From NCBI GenBank assembly GCA_024137785.1, contig JAHRHZ010000223.1, forward strand, positions 21,361,112 through 21,425,111: 64,000 bases of DNA, given 5' to 3'. The position numbers and the translations under genes are program-made. How positions within the stretch are numbered: position 1 is the stretch's first letter; each line of letters opens with the position of its first letter. This DNA is from Ginglymostoma cirratum (lineage: Eukaryota). Under the pieces are notes generated by a model. That model made no database searches, had not been told where the DNA came from, and saw only the letters and a list, made by a program, of their open reading frames with translations. Shown here piece by piece: positions 25,836-38,499 of the stretch.

Positions 25836-26463
25836 ACTACATTTAAGATGAGTTACATTAAAGATGAGTTATGTAGAAAGAATCAGCCAGGAATGTAGAT
25901 TACCATGGTTTTGGGGGATACTGAAAAGCTCTTCAGGAATGGAGGACAGAAATAGGATGCAGAGAAGAGAGTTATAGTAACAGAGATAAGGGGAACAAGG
26001 AAGAGTGGGAACTTCCCATTTCGGGTGGGAAGTGCAATGTGCTATTTAGGTTTGCTGGGATATGCATTTTGCCTCCAGCAGGGTATATCTAACTGATACA
26101 GTTAATACTTATGTTATACATCCTAACATAAGAGCTAGATGGGTTTGTGTGCTGTTAAAGAATCCAGTAAAATTTGTATCATTATATATACAAACATACG
26201 AGGGCTAGTATTAGAGTGTTTGGGTGCAAAGTGCAGGATGCTTTAATTAGCATGTCATGCTTCAAGTGGCCTGGGTTAGGATGGAGTCTGAAACACTTAA
26301 ACTCTCAGGTACCGTACTCTAATACAGTGATAATATCAAGTGCATGTCTCCTAAAAATGTACTGTGTGGGCCAGATTTTCCAATGGCCCAATAATCATTT
26401 CTGAATTATAGGTGAGAGTTTCAAAAGGGGACCCTATGGAATCCTGATCATAACAATCTCTAA

Positions 26464-27310
26464 TGGATTTTCCCAGGAAATTGAAGATTCTGCTGGGCAA
26501 TTCCATGTTGCCTGGAACCCTCCAAAAGTACCCATTTAAATTAGAGAAACTGAGGCATTTCACCATGGTTTAGTAAATAGTTCTTTGGGAAAAGTTCAAC
26601 TATTAAATACCAAGTCCAACTCCTGAGTAAAAAAAAAACTGAACTTTTCCCCCAAATTATCTCACACATCCTCAGTTGCAAACCCCAGACCCTCATCATC
26701 ACCCAGAGACACTCCCCCTTTCCACCAGATTCAACCCTCCCTTCCCCACACAACCCCACTCCAACTGGACCAGACTGCCCACCTCGTCTGCTGGTCCTGA
26801 CCCCCAGAACTCCTTCCCAGGGACTTGGCACACCCAACCCAGGCACCAAATCCAATATCTCCCCACCATCCCGACTTACCCTAACCACTCAAACACTCAC
26901 ACAGCCTCTTGCCATGACACCCTACCCACCTGGCACTCTGTCCCCTATCCACAGCAGTCTACCCCTAGAAATTTACTTCCTATCCACTTGGCACCCTACC
27001 TACCAGGTACCCTAACTTCATACTTACTTAATGCATTTACTGTTTCACGGCAGTTGTCAAACTGACTGTCTGTGATGCTGGGTCTAAATTTTAGTATACG
27101 AGATAGAAGGAATGGTGTGCCTTTCTCCCCTCACCACCTAACCCCACCCCACCACCACCAATTGTTTTACACTATGAGAGTGTTGTCAGAATGGAAGTAT
27201 GGCTCTGCATTTCTGAGGGAGCCTGATTAGAATCTCCTGTCAGAAGTTTTTTTGAAGCATGAGAAAAGGATTGACAATCCACAAGAGATTGCCACTCTGC
27301 GGAAAATCCA
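26464..27310. mobile_element. Non-autonomous TIR element (Harbinger-like MITE)
   Basis: Perfect inverted ends tggattttcc (26464-26473) and ggaaaatcca (27301-27310) around a C-rich low-complexity core. Confidence 0.5.
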
Positions 27311-28204
27311 GTCAACTGTGCCTTTTAAAGGCACATCTACATTTACATATCAACTGTGAGCCGTAACATAACAGGAGAAAGAGCAGGTGAATGAATAAAG
27401 ACAGAGTAAGATGATTGTAAACGAGTAGCCCTAAAATACAGCTTGGTCTAATCCGTGAGCTGAGTATCTGTCCTTGCACACTAAGTGTCCTTGCTGCAGT
27501 CTTTCAATGCTAATTACTCTTGTACCCTGCAATGCAGGTCTGTGCTTCCTAAGGGGCCCGTGGCTTGGAGAGGCACCATAATGATCATGAACGGTTGGCA
27601 AATGCCTGATGTTAATGACTGTGGATGAGGGGTGCATGTGGCTGGAGCTCTTGGATCATGCTCTGAGATGCTATTTGGTGCTGAACAACATGGAGATTCC
27701 TCACAGCCAACAGTGAGCTGAAGGCACTTGATTCCTGTTGTGACTTCCACGTCGAAAATTCTTAAAATCTAGCTCTTTGGCATGTTTGGTAAGATAGGAA
27801 GCTGAATATTAACGAGGCGAGTTGCGGAACTAATAAAGCTTTTCACAAGAAATAATTCTCCTGAATTGGCAACTCTGGTGCCGAGTAAGGAACTGACCTC
27901 ACTGCTCAGCAATAGGATAAAAAATACAGTAAGATGCTCCTGATGGCGAGACAGATCTCACTGGACTTTTTGATTGATTCTGCCATAAATTCCGCCATCT
28001 CCCCCATCACTCGGACACTTATAAGTTTCTACCTTTCGTTTGTCCCAGACGATAGGAAGATTAACAGCCTTAGCATGCTATGCATTGCTGCACATGATGA
28101 CAGCTCCTCCAGGCTGTCTACAAGGAAAACAAAAATAGTTAGAAGCCTTAACAGATTGAAAGAGAACACAAGACTGTTGTCTGCTGTTAACAATAATAAT
28201 TTGA

Positions 28205-28303
28205 TCAAGAACAGAAGTTGCTGGAAAAGCTCAGCAGGTCTGACAGCATCTGTGAAGAAAAATCAGAGTTAACGTTTTGGGTCTGGTGACCCTTCCTCAG
28301 AAC
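28205..28303 (-). mobile_element. Penelope-derived single arm with mutated hammerhead motif
   Basis: Near-identical to 31159-31258. Minus strand reads CTGAGGA-AGGGTC-acca-GACCC-aAAA-CGTT-AACT, so the GAAA core is mutated. Confidence 0.8.
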
Positions 28304-28391
28304 CTCAGAATAACAAAATGTTATTTGTGCAAAGTGTAAAGTTGTACATAAGTTAACACCCATCCAGCCAAAGTGACATCAATAAATATAG

Positions 28392-28704
28392 ATCATGGAA
28401 GTCCTACAGTGTAGAAACAGGCCATTTGGCCCATCAAGTCCATACTGACCCTCTGAAGAGCATCCCAATTGCTGTAACCCTGCATTTCCCATGGCTAGTC
28501 CACCTAGCCTGCACATCCTTGGACACTATGGGCAATTTACAATGGCCAATCCACCTAACATGCACATCTCTGCCCTGTGGAAGGAAACATATGCAGACAC
28601 AGGGAGAATGTGCAAACTCCAAACAGCCACTTGAGGCTGGAATTGAACTGCGAACCCTGGCATTGTGACACAGCATTGCTAACCACTGAGCCACCCTGCC
28701 ACCC
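28392..28704 (-). mobile_element. HE1-like V-SINE
   Basis: Reverse complement of the 7197 copy with a complete head (gggtggcagggtggctcagtggttagc) and an internal deletion. Confidence 0.9.
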
Positions 28705-28739
28705 CATTATTACTTATTTTCCTACTGCTAGATCTGGCT

Positions 28740-30760
28740 ACTATCTCAGTGGCTGCAGCTATGCTTAGGGAAACCTGCTGTGCTTTCTTGCCTGAGATGA
28801 CTTTGGTGGGCATCATCTGATGGTCTGGGGCCAAGTGGACTCTAACTTCTTTGGGGTCTCCTTCACAGGTACAGATGCAACCTCCTCGGCCTGATCTAAC
28901 TGAGATGTTTGGTTGCTGGAAGTTTGGAGGTATGCAATAGGATAACTCTGGAGTCCCTGTCTGTTGCTCCTGCTCCCTATCAGTGTGCAATGGCACCTTT
29001 TTCTTTCCCTTTGAGGTGATGGAATACATAGAAGGACTTCCCAGGTCCCCCAGACCCCCTTTACCAGCCACTGAATAAAGGTATCTATGGCTTGACTGAG
29101 GGATCTCCACTCAGATTTAGTAGCCACTGATTTATCCTGCTGGACTTGGCTCTCCGCAATAGCTGTCACCTGGCACATAGACACAACCATGTCTGAGCCA
29201 CAACATCAGGCAGACTTGGGCAAAGTCCTGAATCCTTTGCTCCAGTATGTGCCTGATCTCTGACACTCTGCCAGAAGTGCCGATGGTTGTTCCCGCACCT
29301 CCATCAGCCCATTAATGGCCTTGTCCTTCCTTATCATCCGTCCTGAGCTCCTCCTAGTGTCAGAGGACCCAAACCAATTCTTTCTTCTCCAGCTAGGGAC
29401 CTGCATCAGTGCTGTCCTCATCAGACTATGACCCCGAGCCTACTCTAGACATATTACCAATTGAAGGGAAAGATTCTGCACCAGAGTGGGGTGGGTGAAT
29501 GCATTGATAACTCTTCCTCTGACACAGATGACAGTTCCTTCTCGGAGGTGTGCTGCAAAGTACAAGTAGATGTGGGTCTGAGCTCTGTTGCTCTTTGTTT
29601 TCATCTCCTGGATTGGAAATGGGATCTGGAGGCTGCATAGAAAAAACATAAAGATCTGTTGTGAGTCACTACCCTTACCCAAGATTTCATTAAGACATTG
29701 TTGCTTGATGTGAGTAGCTGTGAGTAGCTACTTTGAGGCTTTCTCACTTGCTGATTGTAAATATCCAAAATCCCTTCAGCACAGGAGCACTAACCTGGCT
29801 GAGGAATCTTATGTCATTTCATCCCTCTTCCACCCAAACCAGCCTCAACCACCAGGTGGGTATGTTCTGCTCATTGTGCACAATCTTTTGCAAAACAGGA
29901 GGAACATTAAGCAAAATGAACAAGGTTAAGTGAGCAGGTTGATCGTGCTAATAGATACAGGTAGGGATGTCAATTCCCAGAGCTGTGATTGTGTGGATGA
30001 CTAAGGAGAAGAATATAGCAAGGGAGTTGTTAGGAGTTCTAAATGAAAGGTAATTCCGTGTCATCAAAAAGCTACAAACAATGAAAAACAATAAAGGATT
30101 ATGCAAAGTGTGTACTTAATAATCCAGTGAGGTGTTCACCAGAGGTCACGTTTTATGCTTGCGTCTTTGTCCAATGCTAGCGTCTGGTGAAAAGCTCCAG
30201 GATGCGCATGTCCCATGGTTGTGCTGAGAGGTGAGTGAGCTAATGTTGTAAGAGTGGCTGAGTGTTGTAGCGGGTTTTATGCTTTAAGTGTGATCCCCGA
30301 CAAGTGTGTGAGAGGCAAGACTACTGGTCTAAGTGATGTCCCATTGGTTGCTGTGCTGAAGTTACAAGCATTCATTTCTCATGACACATCTGATAGCACG
30401 TCCTCCGCCATTGCAAATTACAATGCTAACTCCACCTTATAGGGTCATGTTAGATTGGGCAGACAAAGTATGCCATTTATATCCTGGCAGGATACTGCAG
30501 ATCATTCATCGCCTTAAGGTACTGGAGCTAGATGCTAAGCCACAGTGGGCACTGATGCCTGCAGCCACTTCTGTTCAGGGATGCCTTCATCATTCAGGGA
30601 TTGTAAAGTTGTCGTGTCTATGGAAATGAACTTCCTTTATCTCAGGGACAACCTTCAGAAGAACCTCTAGGGAGGCAATGTTAAAGCATGTCTCTGCTTT
30701 TTGCCCGGTCTCTGAAATCTGACCAAACCCCTGCCCCCTCCCTTAGCACAGCAAAGATTC
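28740..30760 (-). mobile_element. Decayed Harbinger-like transposon, Myb/SANT-like ORF remnant
   Basis: Minus strand 30720-30480 translates with frameshifts to ISETGQKAETCFNIASLEVLLKVVPEIKEVHF..*TEVAAGISA..QYLKAMNDL, resembling the Myb/SANT-like domain of Harbinger ORF2. Extent to the left is approximate. Confidence 0.6.
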
Positions 30761-30889
30761 ACAGTTCTGTAAAGTTCCAGTGGCGCAGGTTCAAGTTTTA
30801 TTCTGCAGTTGACCAAGGCCTACCTCAGACCTAGATCCAAGATCTGCCTCATTTCTAAATCTCAGTAACTAAATATATACTCACAGGGG

Positions 30890-30927
30890 TGCACACATAG
30901 GCGCGCGTGCACGTGCACACACACACA
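30890..30927. repeat. Alternating purine-pyrimidine (CA/CG) tract
   Basis: tgcacacataggcgcgcgtgcacgtgcacacacacacac. Confidence 0.8.
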
Positions 30928-31221
30928 CTACAATCCAAAGTTCTATTAGCCCAGAAAAAATGTCTGTTGCTCCATCTATACTGCTTTTTATTAACACTTT
31001 AATTAGTTAGGCACTGCACATTATGGTTTTGTTAAATGTAGAGAAAATATGGTGTTAATTCATTAATTTTCCCACCATCTTCCCTGATTCTAAGCAGTAT
31101 CTCAACTAAATCGTTCCATTTTTAAAGCCAGGAGGAACACAAATATGTAGGTGAATGCACAAAAACAGAAGCTGCTGGAAAATCTCAGCAGGTCTGGCAG
31201 AATCTGTGAAGAAAAAAAATC

Positions 31222-31258
31222 AGTTAACGTTTCCGGTCCGGTGACCATTCCTCAGAAC
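31222..31258 (-). ncRNA. Minimal type I hammerhead ribozyme motif
   Basis: gtt-CTGAGGA-A-tGGTC-accg-GACCg-GAAA-CGTT-aact: conserved CUGANGA and GAAA boxes, helix II, and a palindromic loopless helix III. Confidence 0.65.
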
Positions 31259-31435
31259 ATATGGTACAGCTGTGGAAATGAGTTTTAGCAAATACTTGGT
31301 GCAGGAGTGACAGTGAAATTAATGTCGCTGGACAAGAAGAAAGATTGGAATGGAAATCCCGTCAGAGAGAGGAGAAGAACTTCTTCAAGGTGGGCAAAGA
31401 AGAGATATGGCAATGAGTTAAATACTAATTTTAAA

Positions 31436-31473
31436 AGTTCTGAGGAAGGGTCACCAGACCCGAAATGTTAACT
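31436..31473 (+). ncRNA. Minimal type I hammerhead ribozyme motif
   Basis: agtt-CTGAGGA-A-GGGTC-acca-GACCC-GAAA-tGTT-aact, with helix I agtt/aact and CpG decay in helix III. Confidence 0.65.
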
Positions 31474-32134
31474 CTGATTTTTTCTTCACCGATGCTGCCA
31501 GATCTGCTGAGCTTTTCCAGCAAATTTGTTTGTGTTCCTGATTTACAGCATCCGCAGTTCTCTCGGTTTTTATATAGGCGAATGTGTCTACCTCTGGAAT
31601 ATGTTTGCATACTCCATGAGGTATGAAATGGCAAAGATCTCAACTTTAGGCAAACCTCTTGTGACTCCCTAACTGGTGATTTTAGAAGGGGAATGAAAAA
31701 AAAAATCACAGCCATGGTACAGGATAATGAAGGGCTGGAATGGTCAAAGTCAGCTGGAGGGTAATGATCAGTTAAGTAAAAGCTGTCAATTGCTTGGAAA
31801 ATTTACTCCACTGAACCATCCAAAACTTTAACATTGTCCATTTTTGACATATTTCTGTTTTATTTGCCTGGGTGGAGTTAAGGTCAAAAATTTAGATTAC
31901 TCATCAGTAAATATAAATGTGGGTGACACCAAAACTATTCTCAGTTTAGACTGGAGTTTCAAGAGTTGATAGGGAGTTGGTTAATTCTAGCACTGGCCTG
32001 ATTAACTGAGGCTGGTGATGTCATTGTGCCTTGATATATTGCTGCTGATTAATACCCTCTCTAACATTCAAGTCCTTGAGAATTCAGAGTTGCACTTCCC
32101 CAGGAGATTCCTACTTCTGCTGTGGAACCTCTAA

Positions 32135-32800
32135 TTGCTAGGATTTTCCATTATGATTTGGAGCAGTCCAATTCCAGGCCAGTTTGTTTGGCCACCTCAG
32201 GGGTTTGGGTGAGAGGTGGGGTATAATGTGGGGGGTAGGCGTGGGTGTTGATAACGGGGAGGCTAATAAAATGCAGCATGTGGAAAGCCTTCCCAAACCT
32301 GAACTGTGTGGGCAGTGGGAAGTGTTGGGCAGCCTGCTGGTCATTGGCCAATTAATGACCGCCTAATTGCCTCATCTCAAATGGCAACCCCCCTCACCCC
32401 CTGCTTACTATTTTACTTATGGCAGTGAGATAGCCTGGAAATTTGTACTTGTTGAGCTGATGTCAGGCAAGAAAGTGAGGGATGATCGCCAGCCAATACT
32501 CAAGACATACCTGAAAGTCTGGTTTCCATCTCCTCCTCTTCATTGGGAGCTGTATGTAATACCAGCAGTAGCCACTGCTCGAACCTGGAGCTACTGAGGC
32601 ACCCCCTGCTATCAGGCGATTGGATTGGTGGGCTTCTGTCTAAGGCAAGACTTGCTCCCCATTTGGAGGTGGAAGCCAAACCCTGAGCTAATTAATGGCC
32701 AGCTGAGAATCAAACATTACAGGGTTTGGACATGGGTGAGTGACATTTTAGTTCATGAGGGGAGGGAAGTTCAGTACCCTGTAAAATCAACAGTATTATT
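32135..32800. mobile_element. Old GC-rich non-autonomous DNA-transposon-like element
   Basis: Ends resemble ..ggattttcc and ..gtaaaatc. Internal ggccaattaatg / taattaatggcc motifs are shared with 24520-24730. Confidence 0.4.
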
Positions 32801-34284
32801 CACAATTTAGCTGCTTCACTGGCATGTTAAAATTGCAATGTAAATATGTCATTAGAGACATCTAGTGGTAATAGTTATGTCAGCAACTCTGACATTTTTA
32901 ATTTGTTTTACACCTCTCATTTCTCAACTCCAGTTAAAGCTAATTGCTTAAGCATTTGAACAGAATTGCACCAGCTATAACAGGAACGCAATAATTAGGT
33001 GAGAGCAGTATGAAAAGTTTAATCTTGTTCCTCCATTTAAACTCTAATTAAAGATGCCTGATTGAACATTGAAAACATTCTGCAATGGGTACATCAGCTT
33101 TTTAATAACATAATAACCTCCAAACTTAACATAGCATTGAGTATGTTAAAGAGAATATATATCACAGGATATTCCTCTTCATTCTTTGCCCAAAGGCAAG
33201 TCCTTGGAAATTATTTATTAGACCCATGAAAAGTCCTGATTGCTCTGGATAAGGTGTGGAGTTAAGCCCTCAAACTGCCTCAGTCAAAGTGCATGTAGAA
33301 CCAAGTGTTGTTGGCTTGAATTTGATCCAAATGAGCTAACCATTTCCCAGAATGTTCTGACGAACATATTTACACACAGAATGATTGTTACTTCATATGT
33401 ATCTTAAGCTGCAGTACCTGCTCAATTTACATTTCAGAATTCATACCTCTATAACATAAATCGTTATACTCTCCCATGATTCTGAACAAAAAAAGCCCTA
33501 AAATTTCAAGTATATACATCCCAATTGCTGTGCCAAAACCAACTCCACCCTTGCTGTCACAGAGTCCATGGAGCTGGAAGGTGAACAGTTTATTTGCATA
33601 ATGCTACAGACAATGCCACTTCTTGCCTATTTTTGTGCCCACGTCACTTATACACCACAGTAAAGTGTTTGCCTAGAGCATCTCCCATTGACACTTTCTG
33701 ATTACTTCTTTATAACATCATAAGTGGCCAGTCCAGGAGGAAATATTGTTTTTAACATTGTCCTTTTTGAGATCATGCTCACTTACCTGGCCTGGGTACT
33801 GTGACTCAAGTTCACATGTACTACTGGCAGATTGGTACACCTCATCGTTCTTGGCACATTAGCTGCCACTAAAACATTGATTCCTGAGCCACAGTAAAAC
33901 ATAGAAGCTCTCACCTTTGGCAATCCCTGCCTTAACACATCATCTGTCTTGTATGGTATGGATCAAAGATCTTTACCTTCCAAAGTAATGTAGAAGCAGG
34001 GAGAGCTGATTTTGCTGGTTTTCTCTAACTTATTTGAAAATTGCTCCAACGCACAATGATCTTACAACAGGAGAAAGTTACAGTAATTCATTGAATTACA
34101 GGCTGATAATTTCTTTACACACTTAGGCCGAATTCAACAATGCAACATTTAAAGAATTAAATTATTTGTTTAAAATTGATGAATTAACTTCTCACATGGT
34201 TTGTAGATAAAGGTAGATCATGTTTTATAGGCTTTTATGTTGGATCAGTAAGGTAGAATTTTTGGTTCAATTTAATGATGTCTT

Positions 34285-35025
34285 CATTTTAGAAATTTTG
34301 GACACAGATGGTGAATAATGTCCAATTCTGGGCACCACACTTTATGAAGAATGTGCAAGCTTTAGAGAGTGTGAGGAAAAAACTTATGAGAACGATTTCA
34401 GGAATGAGGGACCTTAGACGCATGGATGGATTGTAGAAACTGGAGATGTTCTCCACGAAGAAGACGAGGTTGAGAGATTTGATTGAGATGTTCAAAACCA
34501 TGAAGTGTGTAGTTAGAGCAGATAGGGAAAGACTCATCCTGTTGGTGGAAGGGCCAAGAATCAAATGTCACCAATTTAAAGCGGTTGGCAAAAGAACTGA
34601 TAGTGACATGGGGAATAATTTATTTCTGCAGCAAATGGTTACAATCTGGCATTCAGTGCTGGAGGGCAAAATTTCCACCAATATTTTTCTCATCTAGGCA
34701 GAACTCTGAGGTCCGTATGAATCAGCGACTTTCAGAAGCTGAAGTTAACGCCACATTTGGTGTTGGCACAACCATCAGTCTGTGTGGATCCTCAGACTGG
34801 CTGCATGTGTGTGTGTGCAGTCATGCAGCTTAGAGAGAACATTGCTGGAGGGTGGTAGAGGCAGACACAATCATGCCTTTCAAAAGGGATTTACATAAGC
34901 ACCTGAAAAGCACCACTGGGAAAAGGGAGTGGGATCAGCTGAGTTTCTCTGGCAGCGCACCGGCAAAGAAATGATGGGCTGAATGGCTTCCTTCTGTGTT
35001 GTAACCATCCTGTGATTCTGTGATC
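34285..35025 (+). mobile_element. CR1 LINE 3' region split by a MITE
   Basis: caattctgggcaccacactttatgaagaatgtg (QFWAPHF), ORF 34446 RLRDLIEMFKTMK, and tail gggctgaatggcttccttctgtgttgtaaccatcctgtgattctgtgat. Confidence 0.85.
34667..34844. mobile_element. hAT-like MITE
   Basis: 8-bp TSD ctggaggg (34659-34666 and 34845-34852) with imperfect TIRs caaaatttccacc / ttagagagaacattg. Confidence 0.7.
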
Positions 35026-35579
35026 TTGTTGTCAGCCCCAGCAATGGAGAACAGTGATAGTTTGCTTGAACCTCAACTCTTCTTAGAGTTTTCACCTCCC
35101 TAATAGCAGCAACCAGACAGGGGAATAGGTTGATCAAAACTGGAACAAGTGCCCACAATTCCCGCTTCCCTCTCCCACACGGACATTTTTGCACTCCAAA
35201 ATGACAGAATATTAATGGTATAAATGTTACCAGTTGAAACACAAAATGTCATTCCCTTGACAGGAATTGGAATACTTTTTTTTGTGTGTGAAATAATTTA
35301 AAAGGTGTTGCTTATTATCTTGGTTGATCTGCAAGAGGTCTTGCAGTACCTGAGTTTAGTCTCTGCTTTTGACCCTTTGTAACGTCTAAGGAGAAAGTAG
35401 GGTCAGACTTCACTGACAGCTCAATTTACTAAGCAGCCTTATGAATAACATTTGACAGAAGGGGTCAGATGCTATGCAAATTGTTTCTCCCTCCCCAATT
35501 TAAATTCTTTCCACTTGAACCTCTCCCTCCTATATTAACGAAAAAAAGAGTTTCCTCTCGAGAACCACAGCCTTTTTCC

Positions 35580-35800
35580 CCTTCTGGTGCTGGTCCAGCA
35601 AGGGAAAATGGGAAGTCAAATTGACAGGCAGGATTGCCTGCTTTCAAACCAAACAGATGGTGAAATTTAGATGACAGGCAATGCCTGACTTTGAAGTAAT
35701 TGGAGATAATTTATGCTGTGAGCTTGAGCTTGACCACTGTCACGAGGCGAAGGTTAATATGTAAACGATTTTAAATTATCGCATTTCATCCTTCGTTCCT
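35580..35800. promoter_or_regulatory. Candidate conserved enhancer
   Basis: Twin TGACAGGCA motifs, an AACAGATGG E-box and TAAT cores in repeat-free DNA. Conservation not tested. Confidence 0.4.
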
Positions 35801-38499
35801 TAATCCTAGCTTTGGGCTATTTATGTTGCTTTTGTTCAGGGTTTGTTGTGTTAGTCGGCTTTTATAAGAGGAAGAAACAAAACAGTAAAGCCTCACCAAG
35901 TGCTCTCTGACTTTTATTGATGTGCTCAAGAAGAAGCAAAAAAATCACCCAGTCTATCGTTTTATTTTTACTTTGCTTTAATCTTATTTGATGATGTCTC
36001 AACAGGCCAGGACATGCTTTCATAGATAGCAATTTCACTGCACCATATGTGTCTCTCACAAGATAGCATAGCAAAATGAGTCTTGGCAGGAAGGGAACTA
36101 AACACATCGACCAGAACAGCAAAAAAAATTATTTACTTAACCCCCTAAAGCCTAGAGTATGATTCCTATATCGTGCCAACATTTAACTCAAGGTTATCGT
36201 AATTAGTGCATTTGGACTATACTAGCATGTTTAATTTAAAAAGAAAAAAATTTGCATCCTTTTCATTCTGCTTTTCCTATATGGTGTGACTGTGTGGAAT
36301 TTAGATTTTGTACAGGATTTGAGTGTTCTATTATTAATTTGGAACAAGTCCTATGTCTAGTGGTACTGTGCGAGCATTGGGAATTCACCATTCAAAGCAT
36401 TACTGCCTATATACGACAAAAAAATCTTAATACTTGCTCTTTGCACTTAGGATTGTACAAAAGGGAGATCATTGCTGGAATACAATGTTTAGATTCATGA
36501 CTCATTTTCTTTTAGTTGGAATCAGAAACACACATTCACTGAATAAGCGAAAACACAAATGGAAATGGTCTCTGCCACTGAACGCTGATAGTGTGGAAGG
36601 CGTGGTTAAGAAAATGAATTCTTTAACCCATTATCTATAAAACCCTGAACAGAGGTGAAATATACCATAGTGTTAATACGAAATGCTTATGGAAAATTTA
36701 AAACATAAATATTGCTAATATCAAATTACTACATTTTAAAATTTGAGATAATATAACATCAGAGTAATAATAATGAATGATACCTTTACGTTGGGATTAA
36801 AAGAGTGACAAAGAAAATATTTCACCAAATGTCCAGAAAATGCTGTCCAAAATTAAATAGTAAGTTGATTTGAATTGCCAACTCTCTATGACAGCTCAAT
36901 CTTTTTCTCTTTAGGGAAATCTTTGAAATAATTCTCTAAATTGCACACATAACAACACAATAATTGGGATATTTTATTTTGTTTTTGTGTCATTAGGTGT
37001 GAACTATCTATTGGGTCTGTTTATTTTTAAAAAAACTATAGTTTAAAAGTTAATGTGATCATTGAACAAGCAAAATTATTGAAGATGAATATTCATGTTT
37101 TAATATATTAGCAGACACATTAAACAGGCCAAAAATTGCTCAATGCAACATGTGAATTGTTTCAAAATCATTTACTCAGAGATTTATTTTGTCTTTCAAT
37201 CCAACAAAATTTCTACCAGAAAGCTTTTAAAATATATTTGCTAATTGTTTGCAACTGTATATCACATATCATTTCTGAATAATAGAAAGTATTTAAATTC
37301 ATTCATTTTTATATCCACTTTATTTTATTCTGTGCTATGCTTTCAGCTAACAAAAGGTGAAGAGGAACACATATGCATGTGACTGATTACTCCAGCACAC
37401 AGAAACATGTGCTGCATATGTATGTCCAGTTTCATTGTATCCATGGGGAAAAATACATTTTTAAATGCCTTGCTCTCTAACCAAAACTGTATAATTTCAA
37501 AGGGATTATCAAGGACTTGTTATTTGGTTTTAGATAATTTCAAACAACGCTACCATACATCTCAGATACATTATGAAATGAAACCAGTTTTATTCATTTA
37601 AGAGATTGAGAATCAAAAATACAGCATAAAATAGAAAAGATGCACTAAATGGGTAAGAAGGATGACACTAATTCACAAATGAAGAGTGCTGAAGTGATTT
37701 TTTCGAGTTTTATTGACCAGAATTTGAAAGTTGTGGAGAAAAGATGGACTGACAAGGTCTCTGTGCTTAATTTGAAAGAAAACATTTATATTATGGTTGC
37801 AAACATAGTGTATAATGTCAGACTAAATGGCATCCTTACATGTTCAAGAAACTAATTATTGTTTACTTAAAATATTGTCATGACTTAATACATAATTGTA
37901 GGATGTAAGTCTCTCTAAAGGAAGCTGTACAGATATAGTCAAGCAATATCCATTTCACTGGAATAACACAAAAAAGTAAATAGCTACAATTATGTAAATA
38001 GCATCTTTTCTTTAAAAAAAATTCAAAGTCTATTAAACTCATTATTTTAGCCTTGTTTTGAGAACGCCAATCAGTCTGCTCGTCAGAATGATTGATAACT
38101 TTTTTGGACATCTGAAATAAAACCCTTGCTTTCTAAACATGTTGAAATATTTTCTTTAGGAAAATACAGATTCTATGTTGTCAGAAAGTTTGTGAATTAT
38201 TTTGTACGAGTCTAAGTTAGCCTTATAAAAAGGTTCTTGTTAACGGTCTTATGGATCCCAGCAAGATACTGTGTACAATTTGTAAATGTAAGCTGTTTCA
38301 TTTCTGTTGAAAGCCATTTGACATAGTGTGTAGAATTGCTCAGGTTCTTAAACCATGCTGTATATTTAAGTGTTAAATAATGCTTTCAGAGATGAGCATT
38401 TATCTGATTGTAATATGAACCCAGGAGTAATGCACAGTGGTTAGCACTTAACCATTCATACATTGTCAACACTGAATGTCCAGTGTCCTGAAGCCCACC

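Larger units (their letters stand above)
31158..31570. mobile_element. Penelope-derived inverted-repeat element with two hammerhead motifs
   Basis: ~100-bp inverted arms (31159-31258 and 31437-31535). 14-bp flanking duplication tatgtaggtgaatg (31144-31157) / tatataggcgaatg (31571-31584). Confidence 0.85.

Noticed and set aside
26541-27065. Gly-rich and Pro/Thr-rich overlapping ORFs
   Set aside because: They arise from a C-rich low-complexity tract inside a TIR-bounded element.
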